The notes beneath the pieces are model-generated. The model did not search any database. It had not been told where the DNA came from and was given only the letters and a program-made list of their open reading frames with translations. From Camelus ferus (lineage: Eukaryota): DNA of 64,000 bases. Numbering within the stretch: the first letter of the stretch is position 1; every line of letters starts with the position of its first letter. A program made the translations under genes and the position numbers. Of this stretch, positions 13,911-26,159 are shown piece after piece. The DNA lies in contig NC_045696.1 in assembly GCF_009834535.1 (NCBI RefSeq), positions 47,494,001 to 47,558,000 on the forward strand, in the 5' to 3' direction.

Positions 13911-15349
13911 GCTTGTTCTTTCCTCAGTCTTATGACTTACCAGCCCCTTAAAATAGCTTTATTTAGTTTTGTAGAAATGTCTTTTATTTATTTATTTATT
14001 TTGGATATTTATCACAGTTATGTGATAAAATTTGGGAGCTGAAAAGATCAATGGGGATTAAATAATTTAATATCCTTATTTTATAAATAAGGAAACTGAA
14101 ACTCAGAGACTTTCTAGCCAAAGTCACCCAAGCAGAAGTAATGATTATTTAATAATTGAATTTAAGCTACTTAAATAAAGTATTTGAGGCATTTTCTTTA
14201 AAGGACTTCACAATAAAATAATGATAAAATATAAATAAGAACTTTAAAAATAGAGACTAGAGAAAACATATGTGAAAGCAGAAAAACTTGGATGCAATTA
14301 ATATTATTTTACAAGATGCAGTTAATATTATTCTAAATTCTGGAGTATCAGTAAATATGCTGATTGGTTAGGGATTATCTCAGACATGTCGAGAACAATG
14401 GAGAATCTGATCTGGCCCCAAACTCAGAGGTGCACATGCTTCTGGGCTTATTTATTAATTTATTTTAAATAGCAATCAATCTGCCACATAAAACACTGCC
14501 AAATGTTTGTGCTTGAAGTTTGTTAGATATTCACAACAGGCTGTAGCTATTTGGCATTGCCAAGTAAAAATATACTTTTTAATTTGTTGGTTAGGCAACT
14601 GCTGCTTTACGTAGCTTATTTGAGCTGATTAATCATTTGAGACCTGCCTGTAGACACAGGGCATTGCATTATAAATCACATCTTATTTTCATTCATAGAG
14701 AATGAAATGATGTTCATTTTTTGGACATGATTTATCATTTACAGGTTGTATCTGCTATCTGTGTGGGCTAGGAAAATGGATGGATTGTCTTATTAAAAAT
14801 TCTTCACCTTTTGCTATTATATTCACTGCATAGCCAGAGAAAAACCATGAACAGGGACTGCTCCATATCCCAATAGTAAGCTGAATTAAATTGCCAGTGG
14901 AAAGAAAAGTTACAGATGAGTTTCTTTGTTATCAGATAAATGAAATTCATGCCAGCATCTGGACTTTTCAAACCATTCCATACCGGTATCATTTGATCTG
15001 TTTTTTTTTTTAAGGACACCTACTTAGTACTTACACATACTGTGTCTTCTTTCAGAAGCACGGGAGTGGTATAGGTGTTATGCCTTGAGATAAGAGTTCT
15101 TTTTCCTTCTGATGCAGTTCCCTCCAGCTCTTGGTGATATGTAATCTCAAAGTTAAAGCAGTTGCTGCTATTTTATGAAATGCCACTCTCACTGCCTGAA
15201 ATGTTTCTGTGTTCCCAGCCTGCTATTGTGAAAGCTGGTCATCAGGGCCATCGTCACTGTCTGGTGACAATGGTAGGATGTCTACCGTAATCCTAATAGG
15301 ATTACTCAGATGAGGCTGTAGGGAAATTTAATCAAACATCAACAACAAA

Positions 15350-16050
15350 TAGTATTCAGAGCTTTAGGGCCAGACTTGCATCACAATCCTAGCACTGTCA
15401 TCATTGTCTCTGTGTCTCTGGACAATTTATCTCTATGTATTGCAAATTCCTTATGTGCACATGAAGATTTTATTTTAAAAAATGCCTCTCATATGGTTGT
15501 CCTGAGTGTTGAATGAACACTGGCATAAATAAAAGCTTTCACAGTTGGTATTTATTGCTGATATTACACATAAGGTTACGGAAAATACATTGATCTATCT
15601 GAATCTCAGACTTTTCATCTGTAAAGTGGGAAATAATAATATTTTTGCAGAATTTCCCTGGGTTTTTTAATACAATACATGTAAAACAGCACAGTGTTTG
15701 GATATAATAGGTGATCAGTCATTTTATTGCATCTACCAAGCTGAGTCTACAGTGTTTCTCTGGACTCATTTTTTTAATCATCACTGCCAATTAAGATTTA
15801 CTTAGTAAACAGAGTGTTAGGGGTCCATTCAGAGTGATATTCTTGGCAAATAAATAGGAAGTGCAATGTATAGTTCAGAGCACAGATAATCTAGTTCTAA
15901 TCCCAGCTCTGCCATTTATTGGTCTTGTGACCTTCAGCCTCAGTTTCCTGATTAGGAACTGTCTGGTTGGACTGTTATGAGAATTAAATGAATAAATATA
16001 CATAATGCACTTCAAACAGCATCTGACACACAGTATTATGTACTAAATAA
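15350..16050 (+). mobile_element. Cluster of three MIR fragments
   Basis: cctagcactgtca...; ctgaatctcagacttttcatctgtaaagtggg; aatcccagctctgccattta...cagcctcagtttcct. Confidence 0.7.
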
Positions 16051-16286
16051 TATTTGCTATTATTATTCCCTGAAAGAAGGTCCAAAACACAACTTTTCAA
16101 ATTCCTACACCCACATGCATGCACATTTGCAACTGACTCTCTCACGCTCACATCAACATATCTACTTTGGGTGGTCAAGGTTAAACAAGAACATGTAATC
16201 ATTTACCCAATATTGAATTGAGCTGAAAAATTAGTTATGAACTATGTGTAGATTCTAATGAGGCAAATTATTTTTCCTTATTATAG

Positions 16287-16348
16287 GGAAGATGAGTATG
16301 ATTTTGAAGACACACCAATTTATGGTAACTTAGAAAATGTGGCCTCAG
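16287..16348 (+). CDS. TRAT1: TRAT1 coding exon 4 (YGNL motif)
   Basis: ttattatag|GGAAGATGAG...GCCTCAG|gtaagt; 62 nt, phase 2/1; (R)EDEYDFEDTPIYGNLENVAS(E). Confidence 0.96.
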
Positions 16349-17313
16349 GTAAGTTTAATTTTTCCAGAAAGTAAATTTATCTAGAAATTAATTATTCCCA
16401 CTTAATTCTACAAAGACTTTGAGGTGGCTTATTATTTTTCATCGCAATCACATTTAAACATTCCAACGGTAATCATAAATTCAAGTATATTTCGCACGTT
16501 ACTTAGTGTATATTTCCAAAGCTGCATACTGTAAATCGTATTGCAAAATTCAGTGTAAATCAACATCCTGTTTTTCTATATTCTCTTCATTTCCCTCTAG
16601 TATTAATGAGAATACAGGAAGACTCTACTACCCTGAATTTTGACACAAATAGATTTCTTTGAAATACAGCTATCTCTAGAACAGAAAATGGCCCAGGGAA
16701 ACAGTGCTTGATGCTCTGTAGAAAAGAGCAAATCTACAGTGAATAATTGGGAACAAAGAACACGTTCTCTGTTTCCCTTGTTTTAACTCATTCTTTTTTA
16801 AGTGGAGAATCTAGGGTTACATGGAGGGAAAGAGAAGAGCCAAATCATCACCGAGTGGGTTACACAATTTTTGTTCTTATGTAACAAGTACTCTTCAATT
16901 CCCAGCATCTCTTATTACTTGAAGCATCCCAACCAGCCCAGAGCCAAATGCCCCTAAATGCCTCCTAACAGACAGCTGTGATCTGATCCCAGCGCTCTGA
17001 CAGTAATGCTAGCATTTAACCCCATCCTTGCCCTGCAGGCCGTCACTTAATTCATGATAGGAGACTTGGGGGGTAAGTCCTGTTGATCTCTGAGTCTTCA
17101 ACACAGAGATTTCCAGCAGCAGACTAAATTTATCTGAATCTCTATATATATCAAAACAGTATGGAATCTCCAAAAGTTAAGCATGAGAATTTTATAGGAT
17201 TCAAGAATATAATTTTTGTCTTTCCCCCCATTGTAAAGTGTCCTCTAAGCTCTGTATTCTGAAGAATCAGAAACAATTTTTTCAGGAATAGACTATTAAA
17301 AAGAATTTGCCCT

Positions 17314-17592
17314 ACCAAAGGGGAACGGGGGGAAGGATAAATTAAGAGTTTGGGATTAACAGATACACACTACTATATATAAAATAGATAACCAACAAGA
17401 ACCTGCTGTACAGTGCAGAGAGCTATCTTCAATACCTTATAATAACCAATAATGGAAAAGAATCTGAAAAAGGATATGTAATATATACATATTACTAAAT
17501 CACTTTGCTGTACACCTGACACTAACACAACATTGTAAATCAACTATACTTTCAGTTAAAAATAATAAAATAAATAAATAAAAAGTAATAAT
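17314..17592 (+). mobile_element. Cetartiodactyl L1 3' end with A-rich tail and TSD
   Basis: gagtttgggattaacagatacacactactatatataaaatagata...cattgtaaatcaactatac; TSD AATTTGCCCT at 17304-17313 and 17593-17602. Confidence 0.88.
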
Positions 17593-17714
17593 AATTTGCC
17601 CTTCTGTTTCCCCTTGCAGAATTGTGGTGCCCACCTATAATATTTGAGGACTTAATTTCTTATGTATTCTGGTGGCTCAAAGCCCACCATATCTGCAGTT
17701 TCCATGTCTAATGA

Positions 17715-17845
17715 GCAGAGGTGTCACTCCGACAGGTTCTGATTTAGTAGTTCCACCACAGGGCTCAGTAACCTGCTATTTATCAAACCTCCCAGGTGAT
17801 ACTAATGCATGTTTTTCATGGACCATGCTTTGAGAAACATCACTC
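17715..17845 (+). mobile_element. MER5A-like hAT-Charlie MITE
   Basis: ttctgatttagtag...cccaggtgatactaatgca...ctttgagaaacat. Confidence 0.65.
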
Positions 17846-18513
17846 TATGGACCATTTCTCTGCATGGCTTTTCAGAGGAGCTTGAATGACTATGAAGTGC
17901 CTTGTATTACAGTAAATATATCTTTTTGCCTATGGGGTCAAACTGGCGCAATCCACATTTCTGCCAGGCTACTCACCATCCTACAAGTCACTAACTCTAC
18001 TTCCTCTCCCTTTTAAATAGGAGTATCTGGGGGCAGAAGGGTATGGATGATTCAGTAAGCATCCCCGCAGAATGAAAGGAGTGCAGGTCTGCTGGCTGGC
18101 AGACACGGCACAAAAACTCCAAGCACTTAGAACCAGTATTATACACCCCAGACTCTCAAAACAGCCTGGCTGAACTGTCCTATCACTGATTTATAGGACA
18201 ACGGACATAATTTAAACCCTCTTTTTCAAAAATAGGATGTAGGGTATCCTAAAGGCATTTAAAATGCCTCTGAGGAAAACTTCTTACTTATGCAAAAAAA
18301 TTACTAAATTATAATTATCAATGTACGTGCACTGTGCTTTATGCCACCTGCACAATTTGTAATCAGACTTAAATAGAAGAGAACACAGGCAATCCTTTAA
18401 CTTCTGGAATCTCTATCACATCTAAATGGTTTAAGTTGAGTCTGTCAGACTGTCATGTCTTGCAATGGTAGTGTGAAAAAATGAGTATGATCTAATCCTT
18501 ATCTCAAATGATC

Positions 18514-18640
18514 TTTTTGGGGGGAGGTGGGGGAGGTAATTAGGTTTTTATTTATTTTTTAATGGGGGTGCTGTGGGTTGAACCCAGAACCTTGTGCATG
18601 CTAGGTACACACTCTACCACTAAGCTATATCCTCCCCCCC
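18514..18640 (-). mobile_element. Camelid-type tRNA-derived SINE
   Basis: Reverse complement begins GGGGGGAGGATATAGCTTAGTGGTAGAGTG...GGTTCTGGGTTCAACCC (Pol III A/B boxes); flanks CAAATGATCTT / CAAGTGACCTT. Confidence 0.85.
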
Positions 18641-18877
18641 ACCCAAGTGACCTTCTTTTGTCCAGTTGTTCATGTTATGGGACAACAGACTTCACAGTCT
18701 GATCTGCAGAAAAGAGCTTGTATTTCCTCACCTCTCTGCATCACCATGAAAAAGACAAGTCAAATGATCCTCGAGGGTTTCCTATTTATAGCCAAATGTT
18801 GTTTGGGTCATGTATTTTTATTTGTGCCAGCATTTTTTATTTTTCCTTTATAAATCTTGATCTTGTCAACTCCCAAG

Positions 18878-18966
18878 AACCAGTGGATGAAAATTGCTAT
18901 GAACAAATGAAAGCCCGACCAGAGAGGTCTGTCAATAAACTGCAAGAAGACAACCCCCCTGCACAG
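18878..18966 (+). CDS. TRAT1: TRAT1 coding exon 5 (YEQM, PI3K p85-type YxxM motif)
   Basis: ctcccaag|AACCAGTG...GCACAG|gtgagt; 89 nt, phase 1/0; (E)PVDENCYEQMKARPERSVNKLQEDNPPAQ. Confidence 0.96.
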
Positions 18967-19714
18967 GTGAGTTTTGTTTTTCTGTATCGAAGGGTCAAGG
19001 TCAGCCTAGGTCATAGCACAGCTGCTTGTTTCAAGAGCATAAAAACAGCATATTCTAACATCAGCAGCAGCCTGTTAGGAATTTTGCAGTCCAAATCAGT
19101 GTCCGATTCTCTAAAGAAAAACTCAAAGGCAAATAAACAATCCTCAGAGTCAAAATTGTGTCCAATTACAAAAGCAATAGATTTCAAGGGAAAAGTGGAT
19201 CCTCTTCCTAAACAGTTAAGTTTTTTTCTTTCAGAGTAAAATAAATTACATGTATCACAGAAATAAATATGAAGGTTGACAGAAGTATAATGCTAAGAAG
19301 ACCCAGAAGTCAGGAACTTATGGTGGATGGAGAGAGAAAGCGAGTTTTAGTTAAAAGATAAATTCGCTAGCTATAAAAAACAATAACCTCTGTTTCACAA
19401 GGAAAATGAGTGTAAATTTTATACTATTCCTACGGCTCTCGTCTTATCTCAAGAGACTCACACATGGCTTGTGTGGGGATAGGCAGGACTAAAGCCTAAG
19501 CAGGAACAGAAGAGCCCAAGAAGAAGTAAACAGTTTATCCTTTTCCCATCGTAACCAGCCCAGCCTCCTCAGACACAGCACCGCCATTCACAATTCTTAG
19601 CCTACGTGCGGCTGAAGTATTAGAAATTTCAGTTAAAATGGTTTTTCCTTCTCCTCCCCGATTTTGCCCCTTTTATCATATGCTCTCTTGCTATTCCCTA
19701 AAAATAGCCTTCAG

Positions 19715-19900
19715 AGCCAGCATTTCCTATGTAGTTGTTATGTGTCAGGTATTATGTGCTTTAAAGGCATTATCTTAGATTCCTATGAGGAATTCAGCAT
19801 GATGATCCTATTTGACAGAGGTTTGAAAAGGATGAAAAACTTACCCAGAGACACAGATACTAAGTGGGGAGATGGAATCCAAACTGAGTTCTGCCTAACA
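19715..19900 (-). mobile_element. MIR
   Basis: tgtgtcaggtattatg...aacttacccagagacacag...gatggaatccaaactgag. Confidence 0.6.
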
Positions 19901-20866
19901 AAGCATTCCTCTGAAAATAGGTCACAACTTGGAAATGTCCCACTGAGATATAATTTCTCGTTTTATTTATATGAATACCCCGAAAAATCAAATTCTTGAA
20001 AATTTTTATTAAGGAATCAAGATGTGGTGAGGTTTAAGCAAAATGTAAAGTTAACCTCTCATGGGCAAATCTGTCACGTGATGTTCAATTAATTGTAAAA
20101 TGGATTTTTAGATAAAAGATAGGAAAACCTGCATATAATAAAATGATCTGCTAAATTCATGATAATAAAAAGAAAACCTTTCAAAGAAGGTTAAAATATA
20201 ACCATGCCATCTAAGATTCATGGCACCTTAGTAAAAGGAACTGAGAATTCTGAATAAAAGTTGCTGTTTAATACATGTGAATTGAACAGGACAGCTCTAT
20301 TTGTGCTGCATCTCGTTTTTACTAACATGGAAACTGTGCAAAGCCTTAAAATGTCTTTAATACAAGTTTGCCATTTTATGAATTATATATTTAAAGACAC
20401 TTCTAAAGAGATTATTTCTAAACAAAGACTAATCTCTGTATTTGCTCAATTCCATTTTATTAGAATGATCATTATCATCAAAAACACTACCCAGTTTGCT
20501 ACTACGATACTCAGATACTCTTGTCAATTACAAAAGCATAAGGAATCTAGAATATGATGCATAAAGCTTGATGGATAAAATGATTGTTGGAAAAAGAAAT
20601 AAGCTCCTTGCCCTTTGAAAATTATGTGTGCAGTTCAGAAGTTATAGTTTTAGTATCTAAATCTGCTATTAGCTAGGAAGAGTTGATCAGGAAACCTAAA
20701 AATAAAATGAGTTCCTGAGAATTCTCATATCCTAAAAAAAAATCGAGGGACACAAGTGTGAACTTACTCCCCTTCCCTTATCCTCATGTCAAACCTCTCA
20801 CCCACATCCTTCCTTTCCCTCCTGTGTCAGAAGCATCCTCTCTCCTTTCCAAAGTCAATGCTCCTA

Positions 20867-21031
20867 AACAGGTTTCTTCTGGGAAATATATTCAATATCT
20901 TGTAGTAACCTATAATGAAAAAGAATATGAAAAGGAATATATGTATGTACATATATGACTGAAACATTATGCTGTACACCAGAAGTTGACAACATTGTAA
21001 AAGGACTATACGTCAATAAAAAAGAAAAACA
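20867..21031 (+). mobile_element. 5'-truncated L1 3' end with TSD
   Basis: caatatcttgtagtaacctataatgaaaaagaatatg...gctgtacaccagaa; flanks CAAAGTCAATGCTCCTA / CAAAGTCAGTACTCCTA. Confidence 0.85.
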
Positions 21032-21444
21032 CAAAGTCAGTACTCCTACTTGTGCTCTTGACTATTTCTCCTATTTCTTTCAAGATCTTGCACCTTCAGT
21101 TATTTGTCTCTTTTTAAATTAATTGCTGTTTACCTACCAATATGCACAAATCTCCACGATACTTAAAAACAAAACCAAATAAAACAACAAAACTTTACCT
21201 CAACCATTTTTCTCTCCCATTCCTAAACTGGTTTTTACTTTCCTCCACAGTTTCTGTTTCTTTTCATAGATGCAGATTCTTTTATCCCTGTCTGTATCTT
21301 TTCTACCCATCTACTCAACTGAAACAAAATTCTGGAAGTCACAAATGACTAGGTCACATACAATTTGTGGTCCTTCCTCAGGACTCACGTTGTTTGAACT
21401 TGGCAACACTTGATAAAGTCGACCAATTGTTGACCAGACATATA

Positions 21445-21900
21445 TTATTTGAAATGCTTTTAGTTGTGAGTACAAAAACCCAATTCGAACAACTTTAGCA
21501 TAAAAGGGAAATCACTGGGTCATATAACTGGAAGATGTAAGGGTATATTTTGGTTTAGAGATCATTGATTGTGGGGGCTCTCTCCATTTCTCCCTGATTC
21601 TCTCTGTTACTGACTTCATTCTATTACCAACAGACTCTTCCATTGAGGCTGGGAAAGCCACTGGCAGACCCAGAATTTCTTCCTTCCAACTCCACAAAAA
21701 GATGCCTTTTGTATTTCTTCATCTGTACATCAGTCCCAAGGATGCCATATAATTGGCTCTGCTGAAGTCACATGCCCACTTTGGACCAACTTCTGTTGCC
21801 AGGAGGTTTGGCAGGGTGGTTGGTTCCAGCCTGGATCATGTGCTTAGACCTGTCCTGAGCCTAGAGTACAGTAACTGACAGGATCTCCAAGACCAGATAA
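21445..21900 (-). mobile_element. MaLR LTR (MLT1J/K-like)
   Basis: ttttagttgtgagtacaaaaacccaattc...aaagggaaat...gtcacatgcccact. Confidence 0.65.
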
Positions 21901-22656
21901 AGGAGAGAAATTTCCTAAAGGAAAATGGAGAATTTATCAAAGAAAAAAGGATAGAACAAAGTGCTGGAGTGTCAAAAAAGATATCTACCCACTTGAATTA
22001 CTGAGTGCCTTCTGGTTTTTCTGTTTGTTTGTTTTTAACCTCACTGACATCTTTTCTGTCTAGGCAAAGGCAGAGCTTGTAAAACACGAGGAATGTTCAG
22101 GAAGCAGTGAAATGTTCAGTTGGCTTGGAATACAGAGTAGTGGGAATCAAAACAGAAGATGTGGAGTTATAAGCATGGAAAACCTTGAATGTCAGGCTAT
22201 GAAATGCAGACTTCAGTCTGTAGGCTAAAATTTTGGAGACAGGATGGTAAAGTATGAAAGCTGTGCCTTAGGACGATAATTTAAAGACAGACTGAGCTAA
22301 CTAGCAGAGGGTAGAGACAAGAGCAAGGACACCAATTAGGTATCTGCAGTTTTCCAAAAATGATTATTTTAGGATTAAAAAGTCAGGCAAAGATACCAGA
22401 GAGCCATCCGTCTGGCTGGTAGAGAACACAAGACATTTAACTCTCGGCATGAAATTGAGTGTCCAAAGGGAGAAGCTTATCCATGCGTTAGTGGTTTTGT
22501 TAATCCACAGGTTGCCTCCTTACCCCAGAGCCCACAAATTGATATCACTTTGGCTTACTTTCAAATGTAAAATTTTAATACAGAAATTTGTGATTTATTT
22601 AATGGCTGTCCTAAAGTTTTAGCATACAACTTCTAATAATTAGAATACCACCTTAC

Positions 22657-22872
22657 TTTTGGACCTTGAATAACCAGGTTTGAACAGTGTGGGTCTACTT
22701 ACACACTGATTTCTTTCACTAAATGCTTACTGCAGTGTTAATGACAAGGGGTTGGTTGAATTCCTGGATGCGGAGCTGTGGCTACAGAGGGCTGACTGTA
22801 AAGTTATATGCAGACTTCAACCTGCTCAGAGGGTCAGCATCCCTAACCTCTGTGTTGTTCAGGGGTCAGCTG
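22657..22872. mobile_element. Tigger2-derived MITE
   Basis: Degenerate TIRs ttggaccttgaataacc...ggtttgaac / tgttgttcaggggtcagctg resemble the Tigger2 terminus CAGTTGACCCTTGAACAAC. Confidence 0.75.
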
Positions 22873-23104
22873 TTTACTGTCTCTATTTGCTAAGAACACT
22901 GTAAGACAGGTGCTGCCATTTTAAAAGCAATAGGCTCAAAATAGTTAAAAAAAAAAAAAAAAAACTTCCCAAGGGCCCATGACCAACATATTACAGAGCT
23001 GGAATTCAATCCTAGGCTTTCCAACACCAAATTCAAGGTCTTGTTTTCAAGCCTATTGCTTTATCCAGTATCTCTAGCCTCCTGTTCTTCTTCGATTACT
23101 GACT

Positions 23105-23505
23105 CAGCTCTAGCCCAGAAAGGGCCAACAGGCAGCCCCCTTGGGTGTAAATGAATATCTCTGAGACCAACCTAAATGAGCTCCAAGGGGATCTGGGGAC
23201 AGACAGGCAAGAAGGAAATAATAGGGGAAAATGGTAAATGTAATTCTTGCCAAATGCCAGTTGTATAAATGGACACTGTTGGCCTTATACTTCTGAGTCT
23301 CAAAAATGTAGAAAAATTGGGGACTTTTGTGGGTACCGTCAGAGGCCCAATTATTAAATGTATGTAAAGCAGATTGCTGATTTGTTAAACTGGGAACAGG
23401 CATGAGAGGGAGCAATTTAACCCAATCAGAGTGTGTCACTTGATAGGCAAAATGTAGGGCAAAGCACTCCCAGGGTGAAGGCCGGGGGAGAGGCAGGTAA
23501 GAGCC
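23105..23505. mobile_element. Probable old ERV solo LTR in TRAT1 intron 5
   Basis: LTR-like composition (tgagaccaacctaaatgagctcc, aacccaatcagag); family not identified. Confidence 0.35.
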
Positions 23506-23766
23506 CATCTAAAAGTTTCGTGTTTATCTTGACTATAAGAAAGAAAACTACACACACAAAAAGTTCTTTTAAGCACTTTTTTCCCCCACTCCAAAGTCTT
23601 GAGTTGACTATTGCTTTTCATTATCACCCTAAATGACAAATTTGTTAAATAAGGTAGCTGAAGTCCAGAAAACAAGCTGTGTGTTTTTTGTAGGCCTTAG
23701 AAATTCCCAGAAGTCAAAGTTAAAAGAATGGTTAACAATGAAAAATTAACGTGCCTTTCTTTGTAG

Positions 23767-24024
23767 GAAACCAAAGAAGCAAAGGTGTTCTATGCCGCAC
23801 TAGAACACAACCATGAGAGGAAGCGCAGAAAGCCCAAGAAACAGAATACTTACTTGTCAGACAAGGACGAAGCTGGGCTGGCACATGCAACGAATGTCAG
23901 CCTTTCTAAGACCACTTTGGTGGACGATTTCCCACCAGAAAGCAAGGTGGTAGAGGAAAACATTCACGATGACCCCATCAGGCTGTTTGGATTGATTCGT
24001 GCACAGAAAGAAACTGTAAACTAG
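23767..24024 (+). CDS. TRAT1: TRAT1 terminal coding exon 6
   Basis: tttctttgtag|GAAACC...GTAAACTAG; ETKEAKVFYAALEHNHERKRRKPKKQ...EENIHDDPIRLFGLIRAQKETVN*, matching recalled TRIM C-terminus EENIHDDPIRLFGLIRAK. Confidence 0.97.
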   Translation, partial: ETKEAKVFYAALEHNHERKRRKPKKQNTYLSDKDEAGLAHATNVSLSKTTLVDDFPPESKVVEENIHDDPIRLFGLIRAQKETVN

Positions 24025-24620
24025 CTGGAACTAGCATCCAGCTCCGTGATCCGGCGCTTCCTGGACATGGCTATTAAGAACACAAGATCCCTAGATGACA
24101 CAGTGTGGTTTGGCAGGGTGATGGTCTGGTCATCTGTTGGTGGGATGGTGGCTGACCTCTAATTCAGAGTTTATGATCATGCACACCAAATGTAATTAGT
24201 GGATTTAAAATACACTATACAAAAATTATCTAAATTATCTGTGTGAATCCACTTTAAAAAATGCCTATGTAGTAAAATACAAATGAAAGCAAGTTTGCAA
24301 ATTGATCCTGATAACAAAGTCACAACTTCAAATCAATTCTTAACACTCAGTGAAATAAACCAAGATGTTTTTAAAGCATAGGTATGTTCTGGATCATATT
24401 GAAAGAAAGAAAAAATTTTGTTAAAACAGTTCTCCTTTCTCAGCAATGTGAAACACCCCATAATTGGAAGACATTTCTGATTGAAAGGCATGGAAGACAT
24501 TAAAATTTGTTCCTAAGAGAAGAGGGATCATCTTCTTAAGAAGAATTTTTTCCCCAAATGGAAATATGTTTATTAGTTTTAAAAATTATAAAATTAATGC
24601 ATGTTCCTTGTAATAATAAA
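24025..24620 (+). other. TRAT1: TRAT1 3' UTR with candidate poly(A) signals (AATAAA 24354-24359 and 24615-24620)
   Basis: Follows the stop codon; hexamers seen directly; the true cleavage site cannot be determined from sequence. Confidence 0.5.
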
Positions 24621-26159
24621 CAAGTATCAAAAAGAATTTAGATATTTTACTAGCCAGAGGTAATGACTGTGACCAACTTTCTACATACCCTTCTAGATCT
24701 TTTTCTGGCAGGACCATATGTTCACCCATATATATGCCCATTAGTTGTTGTATCTTTTAATCAAAAAAGAAAAGGCAGGGGGAGGATTATTTTATATATA
24801 TTATTTAAACTTTTTTCACTTAACAATATATTGTGAATTTATTTCCACTTGTGTTTTTAACTATAACTAAATATAGTTATAATTTTAATGCCTGCTTAGC
24901 ATCTCACTGATAATTACACCAAAACTTATTTAAATAATTTTAAAGTACATTTAGCTCATTTCCCATTTCTGGGTTTTTGTTTGTTTGTTTGTTTTTTGGG
25001 GTTTTTTTTTTTTTTTGCCTTTACAAAAACATTGTAATGAGAATACATCTCCACACACGTTTGGGTACTTGTCTGCCTTCTTCTTAAGGCTAAATGTCTG
25101 GGAAAAGAATTGATGCTGTAAAAGGTGTGCATAGTGTGAGTCTCTATAAAATAGATTTCTGGAAGGTCAAGAGTTTGGTCAAAGTGTGTGTCCTGTTTAA
25201 ATTCCAATAAGTGCTCTTAAACTGCCCTCCCAAAAATAAGTGTTTAAAAAAACTTCCTTTCTCCAGTTGGAGCAGTTTAATCAGGTCTCAAATTATCACT
25301 GACCAAGAAAATTGTACATGACAGCCGTCAGTCCTGCCCTCTGACCAGAGCTTAGGGGATTTCAGTAGCTCTTTCCTCAGTGGTTTGTGGAGCTGCTGCT
25401 GCAGTTTAGGTACCAAAGTATGGATGGTGAGGGAAACAGAGTCTGAACCACTGATCTACAAGGTAGGAGAAAAGATGAGTGTCAAGTTTACAAAGAAAAG
25501 GGTAGCTACTAGTAACAAAAAAATACTAGTAAAAAAGTAGAGTGATGAGAGATAATAATGGAGAGAAGGCATCTCTGAAGAGGAAAATTTAATTCTGAGA
25601 ACTGAACAATGAGAAGGAGCTACCCCGGGAAAGGGAGGAAGGGAGAACACATTTTGGATAAGAATTCTATTCGTATTTGGAAGTACTGACTTCCGTCAAT
25701 AATTATTTTCCATTAGGCATCTGTAGAAAATTAAACACTAGTGACAAAGTAAAATATTTTAAGTTGTCCACAATGCCACAGGCAATGCAAAATATATACA
25801 AATTAATGTCTAAAGGCAAAAGAAAAGGAATCCATTTTCTGATTCCAGAGAAGAACCAAAAAAAAAAAAATCCCATAAGAAATAGAATGAATAATTAATA
25901 ACATATTGATTTTAAGTTTTTATGTTTAATTTAAAATAAAATCTTTGCTATCATATATGCTGATGTTGTTACATTTCTATATATACCAGGGTTCAGTAAA
26001 AACAAAGTTTGATTGTATTTTTGGCAGTTATTTTTTCCTGTAACTATTCCACATCACTTACTTACATTATTTACCTAGCACCTAGAGATATCTGAATTTT
26101 TTGCCCCTGGTTTATATTATTTGAATTCCAAAATTTTTTCAAGTTTTGTGTACCAGGTA

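Noticed and set aside
18718..19239. 173-aa ORF as a standalone gene
   Set aside because: It is TRAT1 exon 5 plus flanking intron with a non-ATG start; only the 3' read-through is kept as a hypothesis
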